NCBI GenBank assembly: GCA_002633005.1
Contig: NMRA01000317.1
Coordinates: 1 to 64,000 of the forward strand
Reading direction: 5' to 3'
Length of the DNA stretch: 64,000 nt
DNA from: Phoronis australis
Lineage: Eukaryota; Animalia; Phoronida
Shown one piece after another: positions 60,896-64,000 of the stretch. Within the stretch, counting starts at the first letter, position 1, and every line of letters begins with the position of its first letter. The notes under the pieces were generated by a model that was not told the DNA's origin, ran no database searches, and was given only the letters and a program-made list of their open reading frames with translations. The translations under genes and the position numbers were made by a program.

Positions 60896-61153
60896 AGTTT
60901 CTGTGGTTACCAAGGATTTCAAAAAAGTATAGTTTTATGGGTCTACTATTGATACAGCTGCCTGCTGTATACCATAATCGTTTGCGACAGTTTTTCTACC
61001 TGTGGATAAAGTGAATTTGCCTCTCTATACAGTTGCTTATCTTCCTTGTGTTTTAAGAAAACATGTGATTACAATGATAAGTTTGGGATACAATTATTGT
61101 GCTAACCGGCATACGTAAAATCTCACGAAGTGCAGGCAAATTGATCTTTTCAC

Positions 61154-61940
61154 TTTTAATGTGCCCACATATATGATATGGGCATGAGCTGTCTTCAACA
61201 TCTCTCGTGGCGCTTTTTATTGCCCATCTTTCCAGAGATTATTATTTTATCTTTATGTTATTTGTACACTCATATTTCTGTACCTTATCAGTCATAATAA
61301 ATGACATATCGCTTATACACGGTCTCCTTCGTATCTTTGGAAACGGAGCTTGCGACGCACCTATTGTTTTCGGGACATATTCCGAACATAAATACATATT
61401 ACAGTGGTCTCTGTGTGGCCGTTTGGTATCTGGTGTCTCCTGTACATTTTCCAAACCCCTTGTAGGATCATCATCTTCATTCGCTTTCTAATTACTACTA
61501 TTGCTGTGGACTCCAGTGGCAGTTTTATACGTTTGTCTCTGTATCTAGCCAGAGTTCCTTGATGGATTTTTATGAAATGTGGCAAATGTGTTTCTACTGA
61601 TATGTCAATGACATTTTCCATATTTCAGACAGATCTTTGCCCTCCCTAGTGGCCATTGTTTTGTATTTTTGTGTCTTGGAGACATCTGCTTCCCTACTAG
61701 TATTTACTTACGTTAATTTTCGATCAGATCTGCTGTGGCGTCCTCTTGTGACAATTTCAATTATTGTATTTACTTTGTGTTAAAGGTGTTCGATGGATCT
61801 GCCATGCTTGATTATTTTAACGAGAGCACGACTGTTGTTGATTTTCAGACAGTTTCGACTGCTATGTCACCACATAGTGGAGTTTTTGTTTGGTTGTGTT
61901 TTCCTCAATATCTGCCTAGTTCCTTGAGGGGTGTTCATGA
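61154..61940 (+). mobile_element. older degenerate copy of the same HINE-like family (boundaries approximate)
   Basis: ttttaatgtgcccacatatatgatatgggcat 5' hairpin; decayed units with ccctagtggcc at 61644. Confidence 0.45.
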
Positions 61941-61997
61941 AGAGAGAGAGCAATTGTTTGGATAGATCTGACTATTGTTACTACTTTGATGTTGTTT

Positions 61998-63135
61998 GTA
62001 TTGCAAGTCAAAAGTATTCTGACGAAATGACTGGGAACTCCCTTTGTGATACTTGGGTGGGAGCCATATTCATTATCAAAGTACTTCTTTCCTGACCGAA
62101 AATGAAGGAAAATTAACAAGAAAGTTATCAAGGTGGCTAAGCGTTTTTATGCGCCCACATATTTATATGTGGACGCATTATGCCGTCAACTGCGTCTGGG
62201 CGGAGTCTGTCCAGCGTCCGTTTGGCGTCCGCTGCTCTGTCTCCAAAACCGTTTGACGTACGTTCATGAAATTTTGCTGATGTGTACCTTTTGTTGATGG
62301 AACGGCATGAACCAACGTTCGGATGGATCCGACTACTGGTATGCCCCCTAGTGGCAATTTTAGTTTTTTACGTTTACCTCTATCTCTAAAGATCTTCAAC
62401 GTATTTTTTTAAAATTTGGTATATAGGCATCTATTAATAAGATGACGGTATCCTCCCGTTTTCAAATGGATTCAACGTAGTTTGCACCACCTAGTGGCCA
62501 TTTTTGCTTTTTTTTTGGCGTATACCTCTCTACAAACCAAATCATTCTAAGGATGGTTTTGAAAATTGGCGTATATGTTCTCAGTTTGAAGAGGACGGTT
62601 GATGATGACAACTTTGACTACTCTGGCGCTTCCTAGTGGTAGTTTTGTTTCGTTTTGCGCCCATTGCTGCCTCTCCTAAACCCACTACAGGATCTTTATT
62701 AAATTTTGTAAGTTCATTTATATGAAGCTAACAGCAGATAATGACGACTTTCAGGCGCATCCAATGAACACTGTGCCCCCTAGTGGCAATTTCATTTCAT
62801 TCTGTTTTCCTTTGTTTCTCTGAAGTTCCATGACTGATTTCTATGAAATTTGGTGTTTAGCTTTCTATTAAAGAAGCAATGACATGTTCCCGTTTTCGGA
62901 CGGATTATATGTTTTTGTACCATGTAGTGACCATTTTTATGACACAAATAAGCAACCCTAAAAGCACACCATTTGCGATGCATTTGTGGGCGCATTTCAG
63001 CACTCTGCGTTGCTCTTGTTGTAATTAGAATGTTGCGGCCCTCATAATTATTACCCGTTATTTTTGCTGTTAACGAAATTAAACCGTTATGACGGAGAAA
63101 ACGGTATTTTTTCCGATTCCTTTTGTTGTGTACTG
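61998..63135 (+). mobile_element. third copy of the Tc1/mariner-type MITE, split by the HINE insertion
   Basis: Left half (tgaccgaaaatgaaggaaaattaacaagaaagtta) and right half (gtaattagaa...tactg|ta) match 44855-45119 colinearly. Confidence 0.7.
62146..63020 (+). mobile_element. Full-length non-autonomous Helentron-like (HINE) element
   Basis: T-run, subTIR ATGCGCCCAC with nearby inverted copy, GTCY-like microsatellite, ~144-bp tandem units, 3' subTIR GTGGGCGCAT, short stem-loop (agca...tgct), CTTGTT; inserted in a T-run with no TSD. Confidence 0.8.
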
Positions 63136-64000
63136 TATCTTTTATAAAAAAAACAAAATAGAGTGGAATGACTGTTATTCTGTTGTCTCAGCATGACAAA
63201 CACAGTTGTTGTCCATATCTCAGGTAAACAATAATGAAATGTATTGTTGCTTTGTACTTAATAGCTCATCAATTAAGCACTTGACAACCATTAACAAGTG
63301 GAGAAAACTAAATATGAAGGGATTGCTGTTGTGATCAATGAAGGATACCGAGTGACGGGTGTCCCTCAGGTTGTCATGTCAATCAATGTTTTAGCAGTAC
63401 TCTCCACGCGTTGCTGTGGAGATGGGGGCCCCATGCGTGCTCTCATTTCTACGTCACGCTGATTCCGTCGACATTATTGATCAATTCACAACAGATACTT
63501 CTGTTCAAAAAATATGCAGTTGACAAAGTCTGTTTTATATGTTTGTTTTTGCTTGTTGAGTTGTTCTACACATTTCGGCTATGCAATTGATATGCAGTAA
63601 TTGTTTTAACTGTGGTCAGTATGCACCTGTAAAAGGTTTAGGTTAAGAGACACTGTTGATCACCAAATGTTTTGATTTATGACTTCACCACTGAAACTTA
63701 TCAATAGTCCTGTCTGTTGGTGATATTGCTTTGTTTTATGATTTCATCTCTTAGACTTGTCAATAGAACCCATTTATTAAACCTAGAATATTATAATTTT
63801 TAATTAAAGTTTCTCTAACTCCTTTGTTCCACATAAAGCTGGTTCCAATGGTTGCACAGCGAAGTTAAGAAGTTGTACAATAATACAGACACGACATTAC
63901 TTGCATGTTGATCTGATGCTACAATGGCAAGTTTGTGAAATTGTAAAATTTTGTTTATTTTAACTTTGAAATTTGAGCATCCACATGGCGGACTGGTAGG

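Overview
AT-rich, intron-rich animal genomic DNA, probably from a bilaterian invertebrate (the exact taxon cannot be determined from the sequence). The window holds (1) the last 32 coding exons of perlecan/HSPG2 on + (860-33527; 10 Ig domains, then LG1-EGF-EGF-LG2-EGF-EGF-LG3; the gene starts upstream of the window), and (2) a complete, convergent 10-coding-exon alanine-glyoxylate aminotransferase gene (AGXT) on - (45361 to 38571; 394 aa, ending in the PTS1 tripeptide ARL). AGXT probably has a non-coding first exon at about 49373-49494 and shares a CpG-rich bidirectional promoter with an unidentified + strand transcript. Introns and intergenic DNA carry many short non-autonomous elements: Helentron/HINE-like, Tc1/mariner-, Harbinger- and P-like MITEs, tRNA-derived SINEs and minisatellites. 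Best leads: a Helentron-like element whose ~145-bp internal repeats each carry a CTCF-consensus motif, with two copies bracketing AGXT in convergent orientation; an inverted-repeat element carrying an intact tRNA-like Pol III unit; tandem repeats built from perlecan splice junctions; and a GTGAGT donor overlapping the AGXT PTS1/stop that could switch peroxisomal targeting. All exon calls are manual translations with GT-AG and phase checks; no database searches were run.
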